This document shows, one piece after another, positions 53,538 to 64,000 of a stretch of 64,000 nt of DNA. A model generated the notes under the pieces. The model had not been told where the DNA came from, did not search any database, and saw nothing but the letters and a program-made list of their open reading frames with translations. This stretch comes from Felis catus. Its lineage: Eukaryota. The position numbers and the translations under genes were made by a program. The stretch covers positions 215,452,001 through 215,516,000 of the forward strand of contig NC_058368.1 in NCBI RefSeq assembly GCF_018350175.1, given 5' to 3'. Positions within the stretch are counted from its first letter, which is position 1, and every line of letters begins with the position of its first letter.

Positions 53538-54044
53538 AAATTGCCTTTTGCTATTTGGGGTCTTTTGTGGTTCTGTATAAATTTAGGATTATTTTTTCCA
53601 GTTCTGTGAAAAATGCCATTGGTTATTTGATAGGGATTGCAGTGAATCTGTAGATCACTTTGGGTAGTATGGGTATTTTAACAATATTCTTCTAATCTGT
53701 GAATATGGTATATCTTTCCATTTGTTTGTGTTGTCTTCAGTTTATTTCATCAATGTCATATAGTTTTCAGAGTACAGGTTATTGGCTTTTAGGTTAAATT
53801 TATTGTTAGTTATTTTATTCTTCTGGATACAGTTATAAATTGGATCAATTCCTTAATTTCTCTTTGTGATAGTTTATTACTATATAGAAACACAACATAA
53901 TTTGTATATAATTTTATATCTTGCAACTTTACTGAATTCATTTGTTCTACTATTTTTTGGTGGAGTCTTTAGGGTTTTCTATATAGTATTATGTCATCTG
54001 CAAATAGTGATAGTTTTACTTCTTCCTTACCAAATTTGGATGCC

Positions 54045-54092
54045 CCTTCCTTCCTTCCTTCCTTCCTTCCTTCCTTCCTTCCTTCCTTCCTT
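54045..54092. repeat. (CCTT)n microsatellite
   Basis: Direct reading. Confidence 0.95.
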
Positions 54093-54137
54093 CTGACTTT
54101 TGAAGCTAGGATTTCTAGTACTATGTTGAATAAAAGG

Positions 54138-55105
54138 GGGAAACAAAAGCAAAAATGAACTGTTGGGACCTCATCAAAATAAAAAGCTTCTGCACAATGA
54201 AGGAAACAATCAGCAAAACTAAAAGGCAACCAACAGAATGGGAGAAGATATTTGAAAATGACATATCAGATAAAGGGTTAGTGTCCAAAATCTATAAAGA
54301 ATTTATCAAACTCAACACCCAAAAAAACAAATAATCCAGTGAAGAAATGGGCAAAGGCAAAAGACATGAATAGACACTTCTCCAAAGAAGACATCCAGAT
54401 GGCCAACCAACACGTGAAAAAATGCTCAACATCACTCATCATCAGGGAAATAGAAATCAAAACCACAATGAGATACCACCTTACACCTGTCAGAATGGCT
54501 AACAGTAACAACTCAGGCAACAACACGTGTTGGCGAGGATGCGGAGAAAGAGGATCCCTTTAGCCCTGCTGGTGAGAATGCAAGCTGGTGCAGCCACTCT
54601 GGAAAACACTATGGGGTTTCCTCAAAAACTTAAAAATAGGACTACCCTATGACCCAGCAATTGCACTACTAGGTATTTATCCAAGGGATACAGGTAATGC
54701 TGTTGCGAAGGGACACACGCACCCCAATGTTTATAGCAGCACTGTTTATTTTGTTTATAGCAAAATATGGAAAGAGCCCAAATGTCCATTGATGGATGAA
54801 TGGATAAAGAAGATGAAATTAGTCAGAGAAAGACAAATATCATATGACTTCACTCATATGAGGACTTTAAGAGACAAGACAGATGAACATAAGAGAGGGG
54901 AAACAAAAATAATATAAAAACAGGGAGGGGGACAAAACATAAGAGACTTAAATATGGAGAACAAAGGGTTACTGGAGGGGTTGTGGGAGGGGATGCGCTA
55001 AATGAGTAAGGGGCATTAAGGAATCTACTCCTGAAATCAGTGTTGCACTATATGCTAACTAACTTGGATATAAATTAAAAAATAAATTAAAAAAATTTAA
55101 AAAAT
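54138..55105 (+). mobile_element. 5'-truncated carnivore/felid L1 nested in an older antisense L1
   Basis: Well-preserved ORF2 C-terminus ([52 protein letters not shown]), 3'UTR and A tail. Confidence 0.93.
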
Positions 55106-55419
55106 GGCAAGAGGCACTTTTCAGACATCCTTGTGTTGATACTGATTTTAGAGGAAGAGCTTCCAGCTTTTCACCATTGAGTGTGATGTTAACTGTGTAT
55201 TTGTCATATATGGCCTTTATTACATTAAGTATGTGCTTGGTGCTAGTTTTGAATCCCCTTTCAAAATACCTCCATTTCTAACTTTTTTGCCTTTACTTCT
55301 CAAGAGATTTTAAATTGGCTTTTTCTTCCACTTTTATTTCCCCAAAATTTATTTCCAAAACTCCTGAAAACTTCTCATTAGATCTAGAATGAAATAAAAC
55401 TTATCTCTATAAAATTTTC

Positions 55420-55760
55420 ATGATTTAGCCCTAATTTGGCTTTTCTTACCTCTATCTGCCAATTCTTATTCATATTCCATGATCCATGTCAAATAACACT
55501 TCCTCACAGATCTTCCTGACTGCCTTATCCACATTCTTCTCCCTCCTGAGCTAATATTTCCACTTGCCTTATTTATCTTACTATAAAGCTTTTTTATTCA
55601 AGTTATATTAATTATGTATTATTTTCTTTTACTCTGTCCTGCATTCCCTACTACCAGGTAATTTCTATGAGGAAAGGGACATATCTTTTTTATTCACTAT
55701 TGTATCTCCAGTAACTAGAACAGTCCTTGGGTCATCCACATTGAACATGAAATTTTGGAT
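55420..55760 (+). mobile_element. L2 3' fragment
   Basis: CTATGAGGAAAGGGAC..TTATTCACTATTGTATCTCCAGT..CTAGAACAGT motif. Confidence 0.6.
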
Positions 55761-56090
55761 AATAAATTGCCCTAGACAAATCAGTTACCAAAAAAACCCA
55801 AAAAACAAAAAACAAAAAACAAAAAAAGAAGAACAAAAACTAACAAACAAAAAAACCCGGAAACAACCATGGGACAACTCAACAAAGTAAAAATGGATTA
55901 TAGTATTTTGGGAAATATTGTTTTTTAAGTGTATTTTAATTGAGCAACACTTTTATATGGCTCAAAAAAAAAAAAAAGATTGTGTATAAAGTGGGAACCG
56001 CATCAGGTCTCTACTGCAGAGTCATCTGAAAATCCCATATCCTTGGAAATTTCAGTGTGAACATTGATTTGGGATTGAGTCCAGAAACCC

Positions 56091-56202
56091 TTTTTTTTTT
56101 TCAAAATGTTTATTTTTTTCAAAATGATCATGAGCAGTAAGATCATACCTGAGCCGAAATCAAGAGTTGGACACTTAACCATCTGATCCACCCATGGGCC
56201 CC
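56091..56202 (-). mobile_element. Mini Can-SINE (central body deleted)
   Basis: Head and tail only; TSD TGAGTCCAGAAA at 56076-56087 and 56203-56214. Confidence 0.85.
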
Positions 56203-56577
56203 TGAGTCCAGAAAATTCATCTGAAGCTCTTTTCCTGAGTTGTAAATTAAAACAATTTTTTTTCAAAGTGATTTGGTCCACCAGACAAAAGGAGGATGTT
56301 TCTTATGAATATAATTTCAAAGATCACTGTGTTATGATTTTAGGCAACAAAATTTTGCAGTGAGTTATAAAGTAATATTTTCTCAAAGATAAATTGTGGT
56401 GGAGAGGCTCCCAGCATCCTTAGGAGAAATTTTTCCTGTTAAGATTGTAGCTGTCTGCTATTATTGCATGATGAATACCCAGGCAGATCTTGTTTTGCTT
56501 GAGTTCGCTACTATTATCTCAGTTTGGGTAGATGATAGAATGAATATAGCAATTCACAAAGGAAATTTTGAAGCTTC

Positions 56578-56918
56578 TGATAGACACTGCATTGAATGTG
56601 TAGACTGTTTTGGGTAGTATCTACATTTTAACAATATTTGTCCTTCCAATCCATGAGTATGGGATGTTTCACCATTTCTTTGTGTCTTCAATTTTTTTTC
56701 CATAAGCTTTCTATAGTCTTCAGCATATAGATCTTTTACCTCTTTGGTTAAGTTTATTCCTAGGTATTTCATGGGTTTTGGTGCAATTGTAAATGGGATC
56801 AAATCCTTGATTTCTCTTTCTGCTATTTCATTATTGTGTATAGAAATGCCACAAATTTCTATACGTTGATTTTATATCCTGCGACTTTGTCAAATTCATG
56901 TATCAGTTCTAGGAGTTT
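56578..56918 (-). mobile_element. Isolated internal L1 ORF2 (RT) fragment
   Basis: [31 protein letters not shown] matches the L1 RT C-terminal region. Confidence 0.88.
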
Positions 56919-57697
56919 CATTACTCCATAGACTTTAAAATTATATTTCATCTGTATAATAATAATATAAAGTATCAGAGAGTATAATATAAATGAAAAT
57001 ATAAAAAGCTAAAAATTTAAAAATTGTTTCTGATGACAATATTATAATAAATTCTAAGAGTAATAATACATATATGGTAATTATATAAATATCAAATTAT
57101 ATGAATTATATGAATACAAATCTGTAGCTCTAGAAAAATTAATTTGACACATTATAAGTGATTAATAGTGTGTGTATATATATATATATATATATGTATA
57201 CACACACACACACACTTTTGTGAAAGACACAGCTTTTAGAGTTTTATTATCTTCAAAATTTATATATATTTATTCAGAATATGTTATATATATCTATACA
57301 TGAGATTTCACATGGATTGCTATGTCACATAGGCAATAAATGAAAGACACAGCATGTAAAATTAAGTGCACAAAACTAATTTTTTCTGATACACTACCTT
57401 CCTTTATTCACTTTGTCTCTTATGCTTATAAATACATTTGAACAGAAAAGAAAAATAAATATTAAAATTGTCAAAAACCAATTGGAACTAAAATGGGCTA
57501 AATCTGTAAGAGAATATGAGAGATTTTTATTCCTTACATTTGCTTTAATGTGTATACGGAGTCATATCTTGTGACAGTCATTTCTCTTTTGTTGCTCCCT
57601 TCCCTACAGTGAGTACATTTTATGCTTTTTTTTCCTAAAGATTTCATAAACTAACATGGAAGTTCAATGCCAAAAGGTTCTGGCTCATTCTTTTGCT

Positions 57698-58370
57698 TAT
57701 TCATTTATTCATTTATATATATATATATATTTTTTCTATATATATTATATATATAGTCTATATATGTAAAATATATAATATTTAATAATAAATAATATAT
57801 ATTATTCACTTATATATATATATTTAGTGTATATATCATAAATATATATAGATATAAATATATATTTATTATTTTATTTATTTATTATTTATTTTATTAT
57901 TATATTATAATATAATATATTATATATTATATATTATATATTGTATATTGTATATATTATATATTATATATTATATATTTATTATATATTATTTATTATT
58001 TATTTAATAATACATATTTATTATTATAATATAGAAATATAATACACATATTATAAATATATATATTATATATTATAAATATATAATATATATTTATATA
58101 ATATAAATTATATAAATATATATTTATATGTATTCATTTATTCATTTATATATTATAACATATTATATACATATATATAAAATATATATTATATACATGT
58201 ATATTATATACATATACAAAATATATTACATGTAATATATAATATACATATATACATATACACATATAATATACATATATTATATATAATATACTATATA
58301 TATAATATAGGTATATATATATAATATAGGTGTATATATATATATATATATACATACATATATATAAGTT
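57698..58370. repeat. AT-rich low-complexity/(TA)n tract
   Basis: About 670 bp almost entirely A/T. Confidence 0.95.
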
Positions 58371-59963
58371 ATTTGCTTTCTTAAAAGGCAATGAGAAAGT
58401 ATTCATAAGAGTAAAACACAAAAGGTAGATGTCTATGGGCCTGAAAGCGTGTGAAGTGCTTATGTACATGATCTAAAATTCCAACAAGTGTACAAATAGT
58501 GCTGCTTCACACATAACAATACATGATATATACATAAAGTGTGTTTTGTAGCACAGTGCCAAAAAATAAGGTTATTAATTTTTAATCAGCTACTTGCATT
58601 AAAGAAGAGGGACAAACGAGTCCCTGTGCAAGTAAGTGATATACACCAAACTTTTAAGTGTTGCTAGTTAATATGAGTTGTCATTTTCAAACACATTTCT
58701 GTTGGTATCATTTAAAATCAGAATTTCTCTTCTGAAAATTGTAAACTGTTTAGAAAGGAAACTTCAAATCTTAAATGCTGATAGTGGAAAAAATACCAAC
58801 CTTTTCCATTTTCATATTTGTTTGTTTCATAAAATTGATGTCTTTCAAATTTTAGATTATAAAAATGATGATTCAGACATATAATCATAGCAGCTGTATC
58901 ACTGGTAGAGCAGAGTCCAGGGTGACTTAGGTGCAAGGAAATGTGCTATATCTCGTCCTCACACTGGATGCAGTGCCAAAGGCAGCACTGAACCATGACA
59001 ATTGTCCCCCAAAGTGGAGACTATCACACTGTGTGCATCCGAAGAGCAATTACAGAGAGGCAAGTCTGGGTTACGAGTATACAGTTGCTAATTTTATTTT
59101 CAGTTTTTTGCTTTAACCAAAATCATGGATCAGATTAGTTGGATAAAGGTATCAACTGTATCATCAAGCTGAGGCCAGACCAGTGTATTTGTTCTCTGCA
59201 TTCAGTCTTATTCAGAAGGGAGGGAGGAAGGGAGAAGCTAAAAGTTCCTAATCCCACATTTACTGAAGAGAAAACTCACTTTTCTTCCACCAACAGGGAC
59301 TGCATAAAGGAGTACTGCGGGGCCAAAAGAGCCAGAGAAGAGTCTCTCCCTTTATTTCTTGACATATCATGTGCTTTATTCACTCTGTTGAATAAATGAC
59401 AGTCTTGTTTTTGACCTGTCACTTGAGATCACACACCCTAAAGTATACTATAATTATGTCATTATTAATTAAAGAAACTATGGAAGTGAATATGTACTCA
59501 TTAGCAGTTTCTAAAATAACTCATAAGCCTCTCCAGACACTCATACTGGAGAGAGAAAACAGTACTGTATTTTGAGAAGGAAAAGCAAAATATGACCCTT
59601 CCTTCAGGGAAAATGAAAAACCTGTTAGAAACAGCAAGGATCAAAAACACTAAGCCACCAGTTATTAAAAATTATTTATCACTTGAACTTTTAGTAGGAA
59701 AATTTCATTTCCTGTACAGATGTAAGAATTTCAATCACAGAACTAATGTCCTGAGAATTAATTTTATTTACTCTGAAATCTCAGAAGATTGGACACATTT
59801 TTATAGTTTTTAAGTCAGGATAAACCTTATTGGATTGTTTCTTTTAGATGAAATACATAGATATTAGTGTTTTTCAGCCACATGTTAGAACTTAACTAGT
59901 AAGGTACCAGACTATATGGTAGACAAACTACATGCACTTTTTTAAAAAAATGTTACAACTTGT

Positions 59964-60184
59964 GGAGCAACTGGGTGGCTCACTTAATTGAGTTCCTGAC
60001 TCTTGGTTTAGGCTCGGGTCATGATCTGGTGGTTTCATGAATTCAAGCCCTGTGTCCAGATCTGTGCTGGCAGCTCAGAGTCCCCTTGGGATTCTCTCTC
60101 TCCTTCTCTCTCTGTTCCTCCTTGACTTGTGCTGTCTCTGTCTCTCTCAAAATAAACAAACTTAAAGAAATAATTAAAATAAAT
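59964..60184 (+). mobile_element. Can-SINE
   Basis: 17-bp TSD AAAATGTTACAACTTGT at 59947-59963 and 60185-60201. Confidence 0.94.
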
Positions 60185-60469
60185 AAAATGTTACAACTTG
60201 TGATTGATGTTGATATTGTGTGTTTGTAAATTCACCTTTGTTGTTCATCTCTTTTCATATATCTGGTAGCCTCCATTGAATGTCATACTAATTTATCTTT
60301 TTTCTTTATCTCTTTATCTTTCTTGTTGTCTATCACTTTGGCTTTTTTTTTTTTTTGGTACTTTTCTTAATAATTAAGAATTCCCTTTAATTAAATATGA
60401 TTAATAAGCTTCATTTAATGCATACTCATTGCACTTGCTTTCTATGTAGTAACATAATTTTAAACATTG

Positions 60470-60680
60470 CAGCTGAAAACTACATACCAAAATTTACGGG
60501 GTGCTGATAAAGCATTGCTTAGAGTAGAATGTATAGCTATAAATGCTAAGTTAAGGAAAAACAAAATCTATCAGTAATCTAACATACTATTTTAATAAAG
60601 TATGAGGAAAAATAAGAGAAAAGTAAACCCATGGAATAGGATGAGAATAATAACAATGAGTACATTAAATGGAGATTATA
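60470..60680 (+). mobile_element. Old L1 ORF2 fragment
   Basis: ACATACCAAAATTTA.GGG.TGC..TAAAGCA.TGCTTAGAG motif (TYQNLWDAAKAVLRG-like). Confidence 0.6.
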
Positions 60681-61076
60681 TATAAATTATTGTTTTAATT
60701 AAAATCCACATATTCACACTGAGAACTATATCTAATTCAAGACTAGTGTATGTATATCTTTTTATCTCCATATCTATCAATCTTTGCCTCTATTTATCCA
60801 TTTACTTATGGATCTATTTATCATTTACACATATATATGTGTGTGTGTATACATACATATATATGTATACATGTATATATACATATATATGTGTATATAT
60901 ATGTATATATACATATACATATATATAACTTTGTAAACAGGCCATTTATAATTCCCACTTTTTTATTCTTTCCTAGTAGTTTCAATATTTGTTTTAAATT
61001 TCCCTACAAGTCATTTAAAGTGTCTTAGGCTTTTATTTTTCACAACTTCCACCATTTGTATTGAAATATGCATTGA

Positions 61077-61232
61077 TAAGAGACTCTTAAAAACTGAGAA
61101 CAAACTGAGGGTTGATGGGGGGTGGGAGGGAGGGGAGGGTAGGTGATGGGCACTGAAGAGGGCATCTTTTGGGATGAGCACTGGGTGTTGTATGGAAACC
61201 AATTTGACAATAATTTCATATATTAAAAAAAA
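61077..61232 (+). mobile_element. Very short 5'-truncated felid L1 3' end
   Basis: Perfect 14-bp TSD GAAATATGCATTGA at 61063-61076 and 61233-61246; A tail. Confidence 0.95.
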
Positions 61233-61249
61233 GAAATATGCATTGAAAG

Positions 61250-61686
61250 TAACATACCATAATTACAAAGATTGATGTATGTTCACCTAATACACTCAGA
61301 TGTGCAAAACCTAGATCAAGAAACTGAACATTAAAGGATCCTATAAATCTCCTATGTCACCCAAAATTAAATACTGTCATGACATGAATGACATAAGTTA
61401 GTTTTACCTGTTTTCACTGTTATATGCCTGGAACCATATGGTATATGCTTTTTCTGTGTGTCTGGCTTATTTTCTCAATATACTGTTAGTGATTCATCCA
61501 TATTGTTTTGTATGGTTGTAAGGTTTTTGTTTTGCTTTTTCATTTTCATCATTGTACCGTATTCCATTGCATAAATATACCATGATTTATTTATATTTTA
61601 GTGTTGATGGACATTTGGGTGGTTTCCAATATTTGGCTATCACATATAAGAATGCTTTAAACATTTTGGTACATGTCCTTTGGTGA

Positions 61687-61736
<50 letters not shown>

Positions 61737-61830
61737 AGTCTTGGGCCGCACATTTATATATGGTGGGAATGCTAGGTGACCGAGTATGCATATATTGAAC
61801 TTTAATAGAATATCCTAATGTATCCAATGG
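61250..61830 (-). mobile_element. Old L1ME-like 3' fragment containing (TG)n
   Basis: GATGGACATTTGGGTGGTTTCCA..TTTGGCTAT motif. Confidence 0.7.
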
Positions 61831-61869
61831 AGCTCTCCTGCAAAAACTTTCAAATGTTTTTCATTCTAG

Positions 61870-62290
61870 CATACATTTGCTCTACTATAAACACCTTGTG
61901 ATGATCTGTACAGCTCTGCAAGCCTGGTTCCTGCCTATTTCTGCAATGTCCTCTCATGCTACACTTTCTCTTGACGCAGCCTTGTCAGAATCCTTTTGGT
62001 GATGTTTTTGGATGCAGAGCTTTTACACATGCCCTTCTCTGATTGTGAGACTCACTGTTCCTTCCTGTTAACCTTGCTCTTCACAGGGCAGGCTCCTTCT
62101 GATCAGATGTCTGCTAAAATGTCACCTCATTAGAGAGGTCACTACTATTTAAATAAGTAACCATTTTATTGTACATAATTTTATCTGATTCCTCATAGCA
62201 CTTGTGACAAAGATGTAAATATGTATATTTTTTTCTTATGTGTTTCTGTCTCCTATTGGAATGTATGCTCCATGAGGGACATGGCCAGAC
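61870..62290 (+). mobile_element. L2 fragment
   Basis: AAATGTCACCTC.TTAGAGAGG, CATAGCACTT and GAATGTATGCTCCATGAGGG motifs. Confidence 0.7.
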
Positions 62291-62399
62291 CCACCGGAGA
62301 TGTTTCACGATCCCATTTTCATACCATCATATGTGGGCTTAAAACTGAAATTTCAAAGGCCATGCCTTTTTATGTTTTCTCTGTTAATACTGTAAAAGC

Positions 62400-62575
62400 A
62401 AGCATAGTAAAATTGGAATTTGGAGTTAGAATTACATGGATTCAAGTTCTAGTTCTGTCATCTAATAGGTGTGTACCCTTGGGCAAACTACTTAAGTTTT
62501 CTTAGTCAAGTTCCTCATCTATAAAAAGTTAATATATTTTGTTACCTGGCTTTATCCAGGGTGCAATAGAGTTAT
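62400..62575 (+). mobile_element. MIR
   Basis: TTTGGAGTTAGA..TGGATTCAAGT..CCTTGGGCAAACTACTTAA..TTCCTCATCTATAAAA core. Confidence 0.75.
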
Positions 62576-62594
62576 TAAAAATAACCAAAAAAAT

Positions 62595-62815
62595 GGGGCA
62601 TCTTGGTGGTTCTGTTGGTTATGCGTCAGACTCTTGATTCTGGCTCAGGTCATGATCACATGGTTCTTGAGATAGAGCCTTGCCTTGGGCTTCATGCTAG
62701 ATGTGGAGCCTGCTTAAGACTCCCTCTCCCTCTGCCCCTCCTCCACTTGCATTTGCTCGCTGGCATGCTCTCTCTCTCTCTCCCCCTCAAATTAAATAAA
62801 TAAAAGTAACAAAAA
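62595..62815 (+). mobile_element. Can-SINE (older)
   Basis: Diverged head, CT tract, A tail. Confidence 0.88.
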
Positions 62816-63119
62816 TGTTGTAAACAACCTACTTCTATTCTCTCTCGCCTCCACAGTTAGTAACCGAACATAGTTGCTGCACAAGGTTTAAAGGAGGTCC
62901 AGCAACATTTTGTGCACTGCCCTCACTAACTACAGCAGAGTTATTATGCTCAGGGTTTATGATCATTGTTAGGTGGCCTAGGAACTTTATCTCCATATCT
63001 GCTTTTGTGTTTACCTCATGTAGATGGTTGATCAGTCATACTAACTGTGCATTGGTATCATAAAAAGGTTGTGTTTGTTAGGCCTGGTTTGATTTGTCCT
63101 CTTTATATTTCATTAGATA

Positions 63120-64000
63120 GATTATTAACAATTTAATGATTTTTAATAAATGCCTATAATGCATAGAGCTGTTCAATCATGAATTATCACAACAATGCAC
63201 TTTTAAAACTTTTTCACCAGCCCCCATACTTCCATGGAGCCCGTACAGATAATCCTCATTTCTCCCCCTACTGCCCAGCTGAGGCAGCCACGAGTCTTCT
63301 TTCTCTATTTTTAAATTTTCCCTTTTTGAACACTAAGAAGTTCTCATAAATGGAATTATAGAATATATATTCTTTTTGCAACTGGCTTAGTTTATTTAGA
63401 GAATGAATTTTGAGATATATCCATGTTGTAACATACATCAGTATTTTTTAATGCAAAATAGTATTTCATTATATGGATATATCACATGACATCTATGCAT
63501 TCACAAGTGAATAGGCATTTGGATTATTTCCAATTTTGACTATTATGAATAATTTCAACGTGTTTGTTTCTCATGGGTGGATTACTAAGAATGTGACCAG
63601 TGGGGTATATGGTAAGTTTAAATTTAAAATAAATTGTCAGACTAATTACCAAAGTATCAGTAACATCTTATATCCCCACCAGCAATGACCAAGGAATCCA
63701 TTTTTCCACATATTCACCAACACTTGGTATTGTGTGAGTTTTTCATTGTAGCCATAATATTGAATTAACAGAGATATGTCATTGTCAGCTTAATTTACAT
63801 TTCTCTAACAACTTACAAGATTGCTTACCTTCTCCTGCCATTTTTAGGCATTTATACGTCTTCCTCAGGGAAACATTTGGCATTTTGTGAATTTTTAATA
63901 GAGTTTCTTATTATTGAGTTGTAAGTAATATATTCTGGATATAGGTTCCTTGTCAAGTAAGTAATTTGAAAATAATTTCTCCCAATCTATGGCTTGTCTA
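63120..64000 (-). mobile_element. Old L1M 3' end/ORF2 end, runs off window end
   Basis: Antisense L1 3'UTR and ORF2 C-terminal motifs. Confidence 0.75.

Larger units (their letters stand above)
50850..55235 (-). mobile_element. L1 (L1MA9/L1_Carn-like) host element split by a SINE and two + strand L1s
   Basis: Antisense 3'UTR/ORF2 at 50850-52648 resumes collinearly at 53538-54135 and 55105-55235. Confidence 0.88.

Noticed and set aside
54339..54917. Intact-looking ORF2-like ORFs as an active L1
   Set aside because: Only the C-terminus of a 5'-truncated copy is present, with frameshifts and an internal deletion.
55790..55868. Orphan A-rich tract as a tail-only retroinsertion
   Set aside because: No TSD or parent element is identifiable; it cannot be told apart from low-complexity sequence.
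58146..58469. Tyr/Ile-rich ORFs (also 19867-20052, 41300-41611, 60746-61028)
   Set aside because: They are translations of (TA)n/(CA)n low-complexity DNA.

Overview
AT-rich mammalian genomic DNA, almost certainly from a felid (cat-family) carnivore. The evidence is about 33 tRNA-derived Can-SINEs, including near-identical young SINEC_Fc-type copies, and cat-type L1 3' ends. The window is dominated by interspersed repeats: many L1 pieces (mostly on the minus strand, several nested), Can-SINEs, MaLR/ERVL LTR relics, a Tigger1-derived element, L2/MIR fragments and microsatellites. I found no recognisable protein-coding gene, rRNA or tRNA gene, and nearly all supplied ORFs are L1, SINE or low-complexity artefacts. 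The window looks like an intergenic region or the interior of a very large intron. The best signals concern retrotransposition mechanism: (1) a near-full-length L1 whose 5'UTR appears to have been spliced out before integration (SpIRE-like); (2) an L1 with an apparent 3' transduction; (3) two twin-primed, 5'-inverted L1s; (4) a SINE with read-through to a downstream TCTTT terminator; (5) a collapsed inverted SINE pair. There are also a few unexplained repeat-free islands with good splice signals. Repeat subfamily names come from recalled consensus features, not from a database search. I see no convincing new biological system.
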